Shown: positions 1 through 9,783 of the stretch, piece by piece | Position numbering within the stretch: position 1 is the stretch's first letter | Layout of the letters: every line of letters begins with the position of its first letter | From: Candidatus Bathyarchaeota archaeon | GTDB taxonomy: Archaea > Thermoproteota > Bathyarchaeia > TCS64 | Assembly (NCBI GenBank): GCA_963771885.1 | Contig: CAVYVF010000023.1 | Location: forward strand, 800,001 to 864,000 | Direction: 5' to 3' | DNA length: 64,000 nucleotides | The notes under the pieces: model-generated | Told to the model about the DNA's origin: nothing | Seen by the model: only the letters and a program-made list of their open reading frames with translations | Databases searched by the model: none | Made by a program: the position numbers and the translations under genes

Positions 1-224
1 GACTCCACTTTTTCCTTTTTCCACGCGAGCATCCGAAGTTATGCTGGGCATAAGCCTATGTGTATGGGGCTGTTGCTTGGCGAGTGTATCTCCACTTCCA
101 CCTATCAACATACGCGTATAACTGAAGACAATCCAATCCGAAAAGTAAGCAAAAAAACGTGGATAGAATACACACGCACATAAAACAAGAAAAAAATACC
201 CCTCACCAAGGGGCTTACCTGGTT

Positions 225-497
225 CTATGCCTTGAGCTTGCCGAGCTTCTCGTTAACGATCGCTAGCTTTCCCTCGAGGCGAGCCTTGACCGATTCGAGG
301 AACTCAACTTCCTCATCGACGGTCAAAGAGGCAAAGTGCATCATCATGCGCTTATGCATCCAGTGACCACCGTGGTGGCCCCAGGGACCATGGTGTCCCC
401 CACAGCCCACGTGCCGCTCATTGCCTTCGCAACACTCATTGCCTTGCTCTTCCGACTCTTCTCTAACTTCTGGCTTGTTTTCTTCACTCATCTTCAT
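225..497 (-). CDS. Small His/Gly/Cys/Met-rich protein with C-terminal coiled coil (DUF5320-like), co-transcribed with PadR
   Basis: CC..HVGCGGHHGPWGHHGGHWMH segment then EEVEFLESVKARLEGKLAIVNEKL; overlaps the PadR stop. Confidence 0.6.
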   Translation of the reverse strand: MKMSEENKPEVREESEEQGNECCEGNERHVGCGGHHGPWGHHGGHWMHKRMMMHFASLTVDEEVEFLESVKARLEGKLAIVNEKLGKLKA

Positions 498-906
498 TCA
501 CTCCCTTGGTACCCTGGAAATGCTGCTTGTAGTAGGAGGCCAGGTCGTCCAAGAGGGCTTTGCGATGAAGCATTACCTTGAGACCATTCTCAAGGACCTC
601 GGCGCCTAACGGCGTCACCGTATAGACCCGTCGGTCCACCCCCGTACCCTTCTCCTCCCACTCACTAGTAATTAGCCCGTGATGCTCCATCCTCCGTAGA
701 ATAGTGTACACCGATCCCGCCTCAAGTCTGTCCCTCTTCAGGAATCCTCGAGTGTTAAGCTCCTCCATGATCTGATAACCATGCATCGGCTTCTCGTGAA
801 TTAGACGTAGAAATAGGAACTGTGTCCAACCTCTCTCCGGGTTTGTTCTTATCATGTGGTGTCTGCAAGGGTGGTTTGTATTGCAGTCACTTCCAGAGTT
901 ACACAT
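484..906 (-). CDS. PadR family transcriptional regulator with Cys/His N-terminal extension
   Basis: PMHGYQIM, GSVYTILRRMEHHGLITSEW, RRVYTVTPLG are PadR wHTH motifs. Confidence 0.9.
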   Translation of the reverse strand: MCNSGSDCNTNHPCRHHMIRTNPERGWTQFLFLRLIHEKPMHGYQIMEELNTRGFLKRDRLEAGSVYTILRRMEHHGLITSEWEEKGTGVDRRVYTVTPLGAEVLENGLKVMLHRKALLDDLASYYKQHFQGTKGVNEDE

Positions 907-913
907 GGCGAAG

Positions 914-938
914 TTATACGTAACAATGTTACATATAA
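914..938. promoter_or_regulatory. Inverted repeat overlapping the TATA box of padR; probable PadR operator
   Basis: TTATACGTAACA-A-TGTTACATATAA (12-1-12, one mismatch); minus-strand TTTATA at 939-934, about 28 nt before the ATG at 906. Confidence 0.75.
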
Positions 939-962
939 ACCGTTCTCGCGCACGTAATTCAA

Positions 963-1160
963 CCTCTTCCTCACCGGAAAGAGAATCTTAGCATAGAAAA
1001 TCGTCTCCCCCTTAACCACCTCGAGTTTCTTCGAATAGATCTCCAACTAAGGACCAGACAACTCGAAACTCTTTTTCTCAATCCATCCATCAACGTCTCA
1101 AAGGTCTTTTTGAACTCGGTCCCCGGTCCTTTATGAGAGAAGATGCACACTTCCTTGCTG
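963..1160 (-). pseudogene. Remnant of a GyrI-like small-molecule-binding domain gene
   Basis: Joining frames gives SHKGPGTEFKKTFETLMxWIEKKSFELSGP*LEIYSKKLEVVKGETIFYAKILFPVRKR; one frameshift, one in-frame TAG, no N-terminal half. Confidence 0.55.
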
Positions 1161-1234
1161 CCCTTTCTCGAATCTTTACGCGCACGAGGGGGCATCCACT
1201 TAACCTTAAATCTCCCCGGGTTCAGGGAGACGAG

Positions 1235-1666
1235 ATGCTCCTCGAGGACTCCTTCACGGCGCGAGGCCACGCCAACATCCGCGCGACCCACGAGAAGACC
1301 ATAGAGGTCACCAGGGAGACGCACCTCACAACCCAGGGCGACTGTATCGCCGCCGTCGCCGCTGAGAAGGGGCTACGCGACCTCCCAAAAGAGATGAGGG
1401 AAGCTGCGAAACGCCCCGACTCCGTAATCTCGCTGAGCCTACGACTCGGTGACAGCGTCTTCACAACGACCGGTAGGGGGGATCCCGGAATCACTTGGGA
1501 CCACCCCACCGACATGGTGGCGAGGATGAGCGGCTACACCTGCCCCAGAACCCTCATGGTTACGCCGATAAGGCGACGATCCATATGCCCCGCAGCCTAG
1601 TACAGCAGCTGAAGAACCCCGATGCCGTCGTACAGGATTACTGTCACCATCGAGGTCCTCGGGTAA
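1235..1666 (+). CDS. DUF371 family protein (two apparent frameshifts, near 1560 and 1632)
   Basis: ARGHANIRATHEKTIEVTRETHLTTQGDCI; continues YADKA...LKNPDA in a second frame and RITVTIEVLG* in a third. Confidence 0.8.
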
Positions 1667-1769
1667 TACGATACCTATTTACAGCCCTAACCAAATTTAC
1701 GCGGCATGATCCCATCTTAATAGTATAACAATAACCTAAAAAATAAAGCTCACAGAGGATTAATACATC

Positions 1770-2018
1770 ATGACTGATATAGGGTCAGACCCATTCGGCT
1801 TCTTAGGGCATCTCGATAATGACACATTAATTATCATCGCGATTTGCATATTACTAATCTTCATTGAGATCGTCTTCGACAACCCCCTTTTATTGGTTGT
1901 AGGTTTGGTCGGCATCGTTGGGGCGATCGCCGTCCAAGCGTATAGGAATTATACTCGAAGAAAATCGCTCTACAAATACGATCCTGAAAAGGCCGCACCC
2001 ACCGGTGAATGGGATTAG
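1770..2018 (+). CDS. Small hypothetical membrane protein (2 TM)
   Basis: Two hydrophobic helices followed by a charged tail; AT-rich upstream region. Confidence 0.55.
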   Translation: MTDIGSDPFGFLGHLDNDTLIIIAICILLIFIEIVFDNPLLLVVGLVGIVGAIAVQAYRNYTRRKSLYKYDPEKAAPTGEWD

Positions 2019-2100
2019 TTTCTCGTGGCTTCAGACCAGAGAACTGACGGAAGAACTAGAAAAAGGAATGAGTAGGGATCAATAAAATGCGAAAATGAGG

Positions 2101-2631
2101 TCATATTGAAACAGAACGTGCATAACCTACAAGCTCGGCGATGTTCTCCCTTCGCGTGCAGTCGAGAGGCTTCTCATAAGCCGCCAGCATTCCCTTCTCG
2201 TCAGGCGTCCTCTCCCTCTTCAGGCTAAGCCTAAGCCGCAGAAGCGTCATCAACACCTTGTTAACAAAGTCGAGCTTGGAATAGTCAAACCCTCCGCGGA
2301 GATAAAAGAACCTGATACCCTCCCGCTGCTGCGCGGTGAAGTTGGCGTCCCTCACCTCCTCGAGAAGCCCCTCCCGAGATGGGGAAGCGCCGACCATGAA
2401 GATAATGATCTTTTTCCCCGCGAGCCTCACGAGGTTATCCCTAATGAATGCAATCCCGTTGATTCCTGTAGCGTGGAGGCTCCCCCCAAACACGACCAGA
2501 TCGTAGCCGAGGAGCCGATCAAGGCTCACTTCCCTCGCATCGAATAGATCTGCCTTCAACTCCTCCGCGATCCACCCGGCGTACCTGCTCGTAAAGCCTG
2601 AGATCGACCTGTAAACGACGACAGTCTTCAT
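2101..2631 (-). CDS. Flavodoxin-domain protein (Flavodoxin_5/HemG-like)
   Basis: VVYRSISGFTSRYAGWIAEEL, VVFGGSLHATGI, FFYLRGGFDYSKL. Confidence 0.85.
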   Translation of the reverse strand: MKTVVVYRSISGFTSRYAGWIAEELKADLFDAREVSLDRLLGYDLVVFGGSLHATGINGIAFIRDNLVRLAGKKIIIFMVGASPSREGLLEEVRDANFTAQQREGIRFFYLRGGFDYSKLDFVNKVLMTLLRLRLSLKRERTPDEKGMLAAYEKPLDCTRRENIAELVGYARSVSI

Positions 2632-2673
2632 GAAATCTCAACTTTTCAGAAGACGTAAAAACGTTGTAGTCTA

Positions 2674-2919
2674 TTAAAGGCGTTCGAGGTAGAGGCACCC
2701 GCCGGCGCAGCTCGCCTTAATCTTATCGGCGAGTCCCCTGCGCTCGATTCTCTTACCGATCACGAGCGAGAGGTACGCGGCGCTCCTCTCAACACCGTCC
2801 ACCCTCATAACGGGGCTCCCCCGCTCCATGAACTGGTCAATCATGGCATCGTACTTGCTCCTTCGCGCCTTCCTACCCCTAGCCTTCTCCTCAACGGAGA
2901 CCAGCGTGAACTCATCCAA
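2674..2919 (-). CDS. Small basic hypothetical protein
   Basis: TTG start after an AGGTGT SD-like motif; RRSKYDAMIDQF...CLYLERL. Confidence 0.6.
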   Translation of the reverse strand: MDEFTLVSVEEKARGRKARRSKYDAMIDQFMERGSPVMRVDGVERSAAYLSLVIGKRIERRGLADKIKASCAGGCLYLERL

Positions 2920-3289
2920 TAATATACACCTACCGGGAGTATGCGTCAACCACTATTTTACCCTTCACATTAATTCGATATAAACCGTCGATAAAATCAA
3001 AGTAAACATGCAGGTGCATCAACGATATTATTTTCGCTTTATGATATGCAACCTTCATAACGCTACCACCGATGTGCTCTACATCAAAACAATGATCCAG
3101 CCAACCCACATGAAAAATAGAAAGACACTAGCAGGGAATCCATTTCATGCCAGCCCAAATATATCCTATAAACGGGTTGTTTCAACCCCTTCACACGCAC
3201 CAAACCAGCCACCCGCGGCGACCCCAAGCACAGCTTAAATAATCAGCGAAGCAACCACCACACCAATTCCCCCCAAGGACCGTGCAAAG

Positions 3290-4105
3290 ATGTCTGGACA
3301 CGAAGACCTCCGGAAGATATCCCAGAAGATACGCGCAGACGTCCTCCGAGCCACATCGGAGGCGGGCTCCGGCCACCCCGGCGGCAGCCTAAGCGCCACC
3401 GACATACTCGTCACCCTCTACTGGAGGGTCCTAAAGCACGACCCAAAGAACCCCAAGTGGCCCGAGAGGGACAGATTCATCCTCAGCAAAGGCCACGCCG
3501 CCCCCGCCCTCTACACCGTCCTCGCCGAACAGGGCTACTTCCCAAAGGCCGAGCTTCACAACCTACGCGTCCACGGTAGCCTCCTCCAAGGCCACCCCGA
3601 TGCCACACGCACGCCAGGCGTCGAGGTCAGCAGCGGAAGCCTCGGCAACGGCCTCAGCATCGCATCAGGCATCGCCTCCGCGCTAAGAATCGACTGCAGC
3701 CCAAGCCGCGTCTACTGCCTCCTCGGCGACGGGGAGTGCGACGAGGGACTCGTCTGGGAGGCGGCAATGTTCGCCGCCCACCACCGCCTCGACAACCTAA
3801 CCGCCATCGTCGACAGGAACGGACTGCAGATCGACGGCCCAACCGAGAGGGTAATCGCCCTCGAGCCTCTCAGCGACAAGTGGGCCGCCTTCGGCTGGAA
3901 CGTCATAAAGGTCAGCGGCCACGACCACCAGAAGCTCCAGGAAGCCCTCGAGCAGGCAAAATGCACGACAGGCAAGCCAACAGTCATCATCGCAGACACC
4001 GTCAAGGGGAAGGGAGTCAGCTTCATGGAAGGCGTCGTCGGCTTCCACGGCAAGGCATGCACATCCGCAGAGCTTGACACCGCCTGCAGGGAACTGGAGG
4101 GATAA
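3290..4105 (+). CDS. Transketolase, N-terminal (TPP-binding) subunit
   Basis: SGHPGGSLS, RDRFILSKGH, LQGHP, GDGECDEG motifs. Confidence 0.95.
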   Translation: MSGHEDLRKISQKIRADVLRATSEAGSGHPGGSLSATDILVTLYWRVLKHDPKNPKWPERDRFILSKGHAAPALYTVLAEQGYFPKAELHNLRVHGSLLQGHPDATRTPGVEVSSGSLGNGLSIASGIASALRIDCSPSRVYCLLGDGECDEGLVWEAAMFAAHHRLDNLTAIVDRNGLQIDGPTERVIALEPLSDKWAAFGWNVIKVSGHDHQKLQEALEQAKCTTGKPTVIIADTVKGKGVSFMEGVVGFHGKACTSAELDTACRELEG

Positions 4106-4108
4106 ACT

Positions 4109-5044
4109 ATGAGTGCAAAAGCAACACGCGAAGCCTACGGCGAGTGGCTCGTCGAGACCGGTAAAACAAACAAGGACATAGTCGTCGTCGACGCCGACCT
4201 CGCCGAGTCAACGAAGACCATACTCTTCGCCAAGGCATACCCCGACAGATTCTTCGACGTAGGCGCCGCAGAGCAGAACCTCATAGACGTCGCAGCTGGC
4301 CTCGCAATCGGCGGTAAACGCGCCTTCGCCAGTAGCTTCGCCTACTTCCTCACCGGGCGCGCGTGGGACCAGATAAGAAACATCGTCGCCCACGACAACC
4401 TCAACGTGTGTCTAGTCGCAAGCCACGGCGGATTCTCCGCCGCCGCCGACGGCGCCAGCCACCTAGCGCTGCAAGACGTAGCGCTCATGCGAGTCATACC
4501 CAACATGCGCGTCGTCATCCCCGCCGACGCTGAGGAGACACGCAACGCACTCGACGCAGCAATCGCCTCGGGTGGACCATTCTACCTCCGCCTCCGCAGG
4601 GACAAGGAACCCATCCTCCAGAAGGGCTACAGATTCAAACTCGGCAGGACTGAAACGATGCGCGACGGCACCGACGTCACCATCGCCGCCTACGGCTCAA
4701 TGGTCGACGCCTCCCTCAAGGCAGCAGCCATCCTCAAGGAGAAGAAGATCGAGGCACGCGTCCTCAACGTCCACACAGTCAAGCCACTCGACACAGAGTC
4801 CCTAACCGCCGCTGCCAGGGCTACAGGCTCAGTCATCACGGTCGAGGACCACTCCATCCTCGGAGGCCTCGGCGGAGCCGTAGCTGAGGAACTCTCCGAG
4901 AGCTACCCCGTACCAGTCAAGCGCCTCGGCGCACCCGACGTCTACGGCGGATCGAGCAGGAACACAGACTCATTCCTCAAAGAGTTCGGCCTCACACCTG
5001 AGGGCATCGCCACCTCTGCGGAGCAGGTCTGCAGGCGCAGGTAG
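4109..5044 (+). CDS. Transketolase, C-terminal subunit
   Basis: TREAYG, DADLAEST, AEQNL, DGASH, VKPLD, EDHSILGGLG. Confidence 0.95.
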   Translation: MSAKATREAYGEWLVETGKTNKDIVVVDADLAESTKTILFAKAYPDRFFDVGAAEQNLIDVAAGLAIGGKRAFASSFAYFLTGRAWDQIRNIVAHDNLNVCLVASHGGFSAAADGASHLALQDVALMRVIPNMRVVIPADAEETRNALDAAIASGGPFYLRLRRDKEPILQKGYRFKLGRTETMRDGTDVTIAAYGSMVDASLKAAAILKEKKIEARVLNVHTVKPLDTESLTAAARATGSVITVEDHSILGGLGGAVAEELSESYPVPVKRLGAPDVYGGSSRNTDSFLKEFGLTPEGIATSAEQVCRRR

Positions 5045-5084
5045 GCGCACACGTTTTTTAACCCCCTCCACCAAATCCAATCCC

Positions 5085-5447
5085 ATGTTCTGGCTCGAAG
5101 TCGACTTCAAGACCCAGACGGCGACCCTCCACAGGGACGACTGCATCCACATCAAGCCCGAGGCGACCGACCGCAAAGGCGTAAACACGATGAAGGAGGA
5201 CGGCGGCTGGCTCAGCTTCTCCTCCGTCGGCGAGGCGATGAGGTATCATAAGACACAGAGGCTCAACGGCGAGGTCCAGGCGTGCCTTCTCTGCAAACCA
5301 CTCAACCACATCGCTGACGTCGCGATGGCTGGCCTCGACATAAACACGCCACGGACAGGATGCGACGCCTGTGGCACACGAGTCGATGTCCTAGACACGA
5401 AGTCAAGCTACCGCCGACTGATAGACAGGCTCCTCGGACCAAAGTAG
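5085..5447 (+). CDS. Hypothetical Cys/His-rich, likely Zn-binding protein
   Basis: HRDDCIH, CLLC and CDAC motifs; codon usage like neighbours. Confidence 0.6.
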   Translation: MFWLEVDFKTQTATLHRDDCIHIKPEATDRKGVNTMKEDGGWLSFSSVGEAMRYHKTQRLNGEVQACLLCKPLNHIADVAMAGLDINTPRTGCDACGTRVDVLDTKSSYRRLIDRLLGPK

Positions 5448-6623
5448 CTACTCGACGCCGAGGACATCCCCTGCAAGAACGGCAAAGACGCGCGCCGCCT
5501 CCTCAACCTTACTCAAGGCGACGTGCTCGTCGGGCGTGTGGCTGAGCCGAGGATCGCCTGGGCCGTAGAGGACCGTCGGTATCTTCGCGTCCCTGACTAA
5601 CCAAGCGGCGTCCGTCCCCGCCGCCTTACCGAAGAGCTTCGGCCTGAAGCCGGTCCTAGCCTCGACGACCTTGACGAGGCTCTGCACGACTAAGGCATCG
5701 GGATTGACCTCCATAGGAGGCCACTCCTCCTGTACCTTAAATGAGGCGTCGATCGTCGGGTCCTTCGCCTTAGCCCTAGCGATAGCGTCCTCTATCTGCC
5801 TCCGCGCGAACTCAGGCGTCTCACTCGGAAGTATCCGCCTGTCAATCTCAATCCTGCACTGGTCCGGGATGACATTATTCTTGGTCCCGCCGCCTATCGT
5901 CGTGACACTAAGGACGGGCTGGGGAACGTCGAAGAGCGGGTTCCAGCCCTCGAGCTCGATCTCCTTAAGGGCAGTCATGATTGTGTGCATTTTATCGATG
6001 GCGTTTACACCAAGGTGAGGGCGTGACGCGTGGCTCCCCTTCCCCCTCGTAGTTATCTCGGCCCAGATGATGCCCTTGTGAGCAATCTCGACGCGGAGGT
6101 CCGTGGGCTCTGAGACAACCGCCATATCGGCCTTGAGGCCCCTCTCGATCAGGTGGCGGGTGCCCTTCACACTTCCAGTCTCCTCGTCAGCGACCGCCGT
6201 TATCAGCAGGTCGCCCTTGAGCCTTGCACCGGATTTGACAATCGCCTCGGCGGCGGCGACCATCGAGGCGACGCCCGACTTCATATCCGCCGTTCCGCGC
6301 CCGTAGAGCTTCCCGTCCACAATCTCGCCGCCGAATGGGTCCCTCGTCCACCCATTCCCCGCCGGCACCACATCGATGTGACCATTGTAGAGGAGCACTG
6401 GCGACCCACGTGTCCCCTTGAGGCGAGCGATGACGTTTGTACGCCCCACCTCCTTCTCGACCAGCTCCACGTCGAGGCCAAGTTCCCTCAGCTTATTGGC
6501 GACCACCTCGGCGCACCCCCTCTCCCCTCCGGGCGGGTTGACGCTAGCCTCCCTGATCATGTCCCTCAGCAGATCCCTGACTGACGACCCGTCGACGAAA
6601 TCAGCCAAACTCTTAGTGTCCAA
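5448..6623 (-). CDS. M20 family ArgE/DapE-like deacylase
   Basis: NGHIDVVP, GRGTADMKSG, DEETG, SEPT, SHTPDEHV. Confidence 0.92.
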   Translation of the reverse strand: MDTKSLADFVDGSSVRDLLRDMIREASVNPPGGERGCAEVVANKLRELGLDVELVEKEVGRTNVIARLKGTRGSPVLLYNGHIDVVPAGNGWTRDPFGGEIVDGKLYGRGTADMKSGVASMVAAAEAIVKSGARLKGDLLITAVADEETGSVKGTRHLIERGLKADMAVVSEPTDLRVEIAHKGIIWAEITTRGKGSHASRPHLGVNAIDKMHTIMTALKEIELEGWNPLFDVPQPVLSVTTIGGGTKNNVIPDQCRIEIDRRILPSETPEFARRQIEDAIARAKAKDPTIDASFKVQEEWPPMEVNPDALVVQSLVKVVEARTGFRPKLFGKAAGTDAAWLVRDAKIPTVLYGPGDPRLSHTPDEHVALSKVEEAARVFAVLAGDVLGVE

Positions 6624-6691
6624 TTCCTCGCCCTCAGAAGTTTTAATCGATAAGCGTCCTCTATTAATAAAAAGTCGTTGAGGCGAGTGAC

Positions 6692-7360
6692 TTGGCTGAC
6701 GACGTTAAGATTCTAGGCATCGTAGGCAGCCCGAGGCGGGGCAACACGGAGATCCTTGTCAAAGAGGCGTTGAAGGCGGCGAGCGAGGTGGGGGGAGTTG
6801 AGACCGAGGTTCTCCACATATCGCCACTCAAGGTCCACCCATGCATCGCATGCTTCCGATGCTTCGATGAGAAGGACAGCCCGCGCGGCTGCCCGAGCTT
6901 CGACGATGACATGGAGAAGATTTACCCTAAGCTTGCGGGGTGCGACGGGCTGATAATCGCGAGCCCCGTCTACTTCGGCGGAATAACCGGGGAACTCAAG
7001 ACCATACTCGACCGCACAGAGCCCTTCGTCCGCTACGCCCGCACAGGGTACGGCGGAGGCCTTTCCAACAAGGTGGGCGGCGCCATCGCCGTCGGCTACA
7101 ACAGGAACGGCGGACAGGAGACGAGCATACAGATGATTCACAGCTACTTCCTCGTCCACGACATGATCGTCGTCGGATCGGGTCCCGCCGAGACACCTGG
7201 CTGCTACTACGGAGGCGGAGCGGTCACCCACCCGAAGAGGAGCAGGATACGCGACGCCGTTCTAGATGACGAGCTTGGTATAAGATCCTCGCGAGGACTC
7301 GGCAGAAAAGTCGCCGAGGTCGCTAAGATGGTGAAGGCAAGCCGAGCTAGCGTTTCTTAA
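6692..7360 (+). CDS. Iron-sulfur flavoprotein / NADPH-dependent FMN reductase family
   Basis: GSPRRGNT, PCIACFRC...C, ASPVYFG, RNGGQET. Confidence 0.9.
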   Translation: MADDVKILGIVGSPRRGNTEILVKEALKAASEVGGVETEVLHISPLKVHPCIACFRCFDEKDSPRGCPSFDDDMEKIYPKLAGCDGLIIASPVYFGGITGELKTILDRTEPFVRYARTGYGGGLSNKVGGAIAVGYNRNGGQETSIQMIHSYFLVHDMIVVGSGPAETPGCYYGGGAVTHPKRSRIRDAVLDDELGIRSSRGLGRKVAEVAKMVKASRASVS

Positions 7361-8168
7361 GCCAAAACTCGGCGACATCCTTTCCGGTAGCGAACCAGAC
7401 CCCCGGATCGCTCCTCATCCTCCTGATCAGCCTCTCAAGCATCACCGTCCTAGATGGGCGACCAGTGATCTGGGGGTGCATCGTCAGCACGAAGCATAGC
7501 CCCTCGTCGTAGAAGCCGCTGTACTCCTGCTCCCAGATCGAGTAGACGTGGTTCGGGTCCGTGATGGTGCGCCCGACGAGGCGGGTGCTATAGAGGAAGT
7601 AGGGGGCGTCGTCCATGATCCAGCTCACGGGCAGCTCAACGAGAGGTATCTCCTCCCCGTCGAGGCTGTGGAGGTATGGGAGGTCGGCGTTCATCATGTT
7701 GCTCGTGTACTTGAACCCATTCTCCTTGAGTAGGCGGACCGTATGCGGGGTGAACTCCCAGCTGGGCGACCTGTAGCCAGCGGGGCGCTCCGGGGTGAAG
7801 TCTTTGATGAGTGAGAGCCCCTTCGCCATGATCGCCTTCTCCTCTTCCAGCGTTACGTTGTCGAGCCACTCATGGTGGTAGCCGTGGTGGCCGACCTCGT
7901 GCCCGTCGGCGACTATCGACTCGACTGCCTCGGGGTGCTTCTCCATCGCCCAGCCGGTGACGAAGAACGTCGCCTTTAAGTCGTACTTCTTAAGCAGCTT
8001 TAGTATCCGGGGCACGCCGGCCCGAGGTCCGTATTCGCCCTGTGAGAGGGTCACGGGTCTCTCGAGGTTCTTCGCATCGCGCGCAGTCCAAAGGGACTCG
8101 GCGTCGAGGTCGAAGCTGAGGACAACAGCCATCTTCTTGGATTCCGGCCAGACACCCAATGTAATCAT
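7347..8168 (-). CDS. Polysaccharide deacetylase (CE4, PuuE/PgdA-like)
   Basis: SFDLDAE, GHEVGHHGYHH, GYRSPSW, LTMHPQITG. Confidence 0.9.
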   Translation of the reverse strand: MITLGVWPESKKMAVVLSFDLDAESLWTARDAKNLERPVTLSQGEYGPRAGVPRILKLLKKYDLKATFFVTGWAMEKHPEAVESIVADGHEVGHHGYHHEWLDNVTLEEEKAIMAKGLSLIKDFTPERPAGYRSPSWEFTPHTVRLLKENGFKYTSNMMNADLPYLHSLDGEEIPLVELPVSWIMDDAPYFLYSTRLVGRTITDPNHVYSIWEQEYSGFYDEGLCFVLTMHPQITGRPSRTVMLERLIRRMRSDPGVWFATGKDVAEFWLKKR

Positions 8169-8244
8169 GTGATTCTAGGCGGATTCAGTATAACAATCTG
8201 AGCATCGGGGCATCCATTTTATTGGCTCCCGTTACGAGATACAG

Positions 8245-9210
8245 TTGATTGCGTTGAAGATCGACTTTGGGCTTCAGATTGAGCCTCAGTTCGGCTACGA
8301 GTACTCATACCTGCGAGACGTTGCGAAGCGTGTGGAGGCAGCAGGCTTCGAGAGCATGTGGGCGAGTGACCACTTCCTCATACGCCCAGACGCTGTGGAC
8401 GTAGACTGCCTCGAGGCGTGGATGCTGCTGACGGCGCTCGCCGTTGAGACGGAGACGCTCCGCCTCGGCGCGATGGTGTCATGCCAGAACTACCGTAACC
8501 CCTGCCTCGCGGCGAAGATGGCGGCGACACTCGACAATATCAGCGGTGGTCGCCTATACTTCGGCGTAGGGGCGGGTTGGAAGGAGGTCGAGTACAAGGC
8601 GTACGGCTACGTCTTCCCGAGCCCCGGGGCGCGGGTACGTCAGCTCGACGAGGCGATCACCATCGCCAAAGAAATGTGGACGAAGCCACGCGCCAACTAC
8701 CAGGGCAAGTACTACAGCGTCAACGACTGCGTGGCGATGCCCAAACCCATACAGGACCCGCTCCCGATCCTGGTCGGAGGCACAGGCGATCAGGTGCTAA
8801 AGGTCGCCGCGAGGCACGCACAGCTGGTCAACTTCGCGTGGAACACAGACCTCAAGGTCTACGCTGAGCGACTCGGCGTCCTTGAGAATCACTGTAAGAA
8901 GCTGGGCGTAGACTACGGCTCAATACGCAAGTCCGCGGGGCTCCACCTAGCCTTGAAAGACGTCGAGGCGGGCGAACCCGCTCCATACGAGAGGTACTCG
9001 GGAGCTAAGAAGTGGGAGAGGAAGACCGCTAAGGAGGCGGCGGAGTTCGTTAATGGCTACGTCGACCTAGGAGTGAGCCACTTCGTCACCGTCTTCCCCT
9101 ACGGCTCCGAAGCGGAGTCGGCGGAGTACTTCATGGACGAGGTCGCACCCCTGATCACGGCACCCGAGGGACGGGAGAAAACGGAGCCGCAGGCACGCGA
9201 GAAACTCTAG
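8245..9210 (+). CDS. LLM-class (probably F420-dependent) oxidoreductase
   Basis: GFESMWASDHF, YRNP, TLDNISGGRLYFGVGAGW, PILVGG. Confidence 0.9.
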   Translation: MIALKIDFGLQIEPQFGYEYSYLRDVAKRVEAAGFESMWASDHFLIRPDAVDVDCLEAWMLLTALAVETETLRLGAMVSCQNYRNPCLAAKMAATLDNISGGRLYFGVGAGWKEVEYKAYGYVFPSPGARVRQLDEAITIAKEMWTKPRANYQGKYYSVNDCVAMPKPIQDPLPILVGGTGDQVLKVAARHAQLVNFAWNTDLKVYAERLGVLENHCKKLGVDYGSIRKSAGLHLALKDVEAGEPAPYERYSGAKKWERKTAKEAAEFVNGYVDLGVSHFVTVFPYGSEAESAEYFMDEVAPLITAPEGREKTEPQAREKL

Positions 9211-9212
9211 AG

Positions 9213-9593
9213 TCACAGAATCTTGTTCTGCCAGAGCCCTACGACATTGCCCTCTGTGTCCTTGAAGTAGGCGGACCAACCCATGTCGCCGACCTCCATC
9301 TTCTTTACGATGGTCTTTCCGCCGTTCTTCTCGATCTTCGTGAGGGCGGCGTCGATATCTTCGACGCTTACCGTGACGACGGTATGCAGCACCTCCTTCG
9401 TCCTCTTCATCATGCCGCCGTTTATTGCGCCGGGTCTCTTCGGCATCTGCTTCTCGTCGACCTCGGTCGTGTGGATCATCGTGTAACCCAGCTCCTTAAT
9501 ATCGTTCGTCTTCCACCCGAAAGTGGACCTGTAGAACTTCTGCGCCCTCGCCACATCGTCGGCAAGGATCTCAAAGTGCACTATCTCGTTCAT
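9213..9593 (-). CDS. VOC/glyoxalase family protein
   Basis: IVHFEI, AINGGMM, YFKDTEGNVVGLWQ. Confidence 0.9.
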   Translation of the reverse strand: MNEIVHFEILADDVARAQKFYRSTFGWKTNDIKELGYTMIHTTEVDEKQMPKRPGAINGGMMKRTKEVLHTVVTVSVEDIDAALTKIEKNGGKTIVKKMEVGDMGWSAYFKDTEGNVVGLWQNKIL

Positions 9594-9783
9594 GCAACCG
9601 CCGTTGAATCATGGGGAAACTATCAATTTAAAGCGTATCGAATCTCGCGTACCTATGAAATACTAACCCATTTTTTATAAATGGGCTCACATCGGGGCTC
9701 TTGAACCTTATAATCGGTTTAAGAATCCTAGGTATTTGAGATTGGGGCTCCTCCCCCGTTATCATCTGCAATTGATATTCTAT

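Noticed and set aside
1047..1049. In-frame TAG in the GyrI-like remnant as possible pyrrolysine readthrough
   Set aside because: The fragment is also frameshifted and truncated, and no pyl genes are in the window
9667..9685. Palindrome CCCATTT-N5-AAATGGG upstream of the VOC gene
   Set aside because: Only 7-bp arms, single copy and no adjacent regulator
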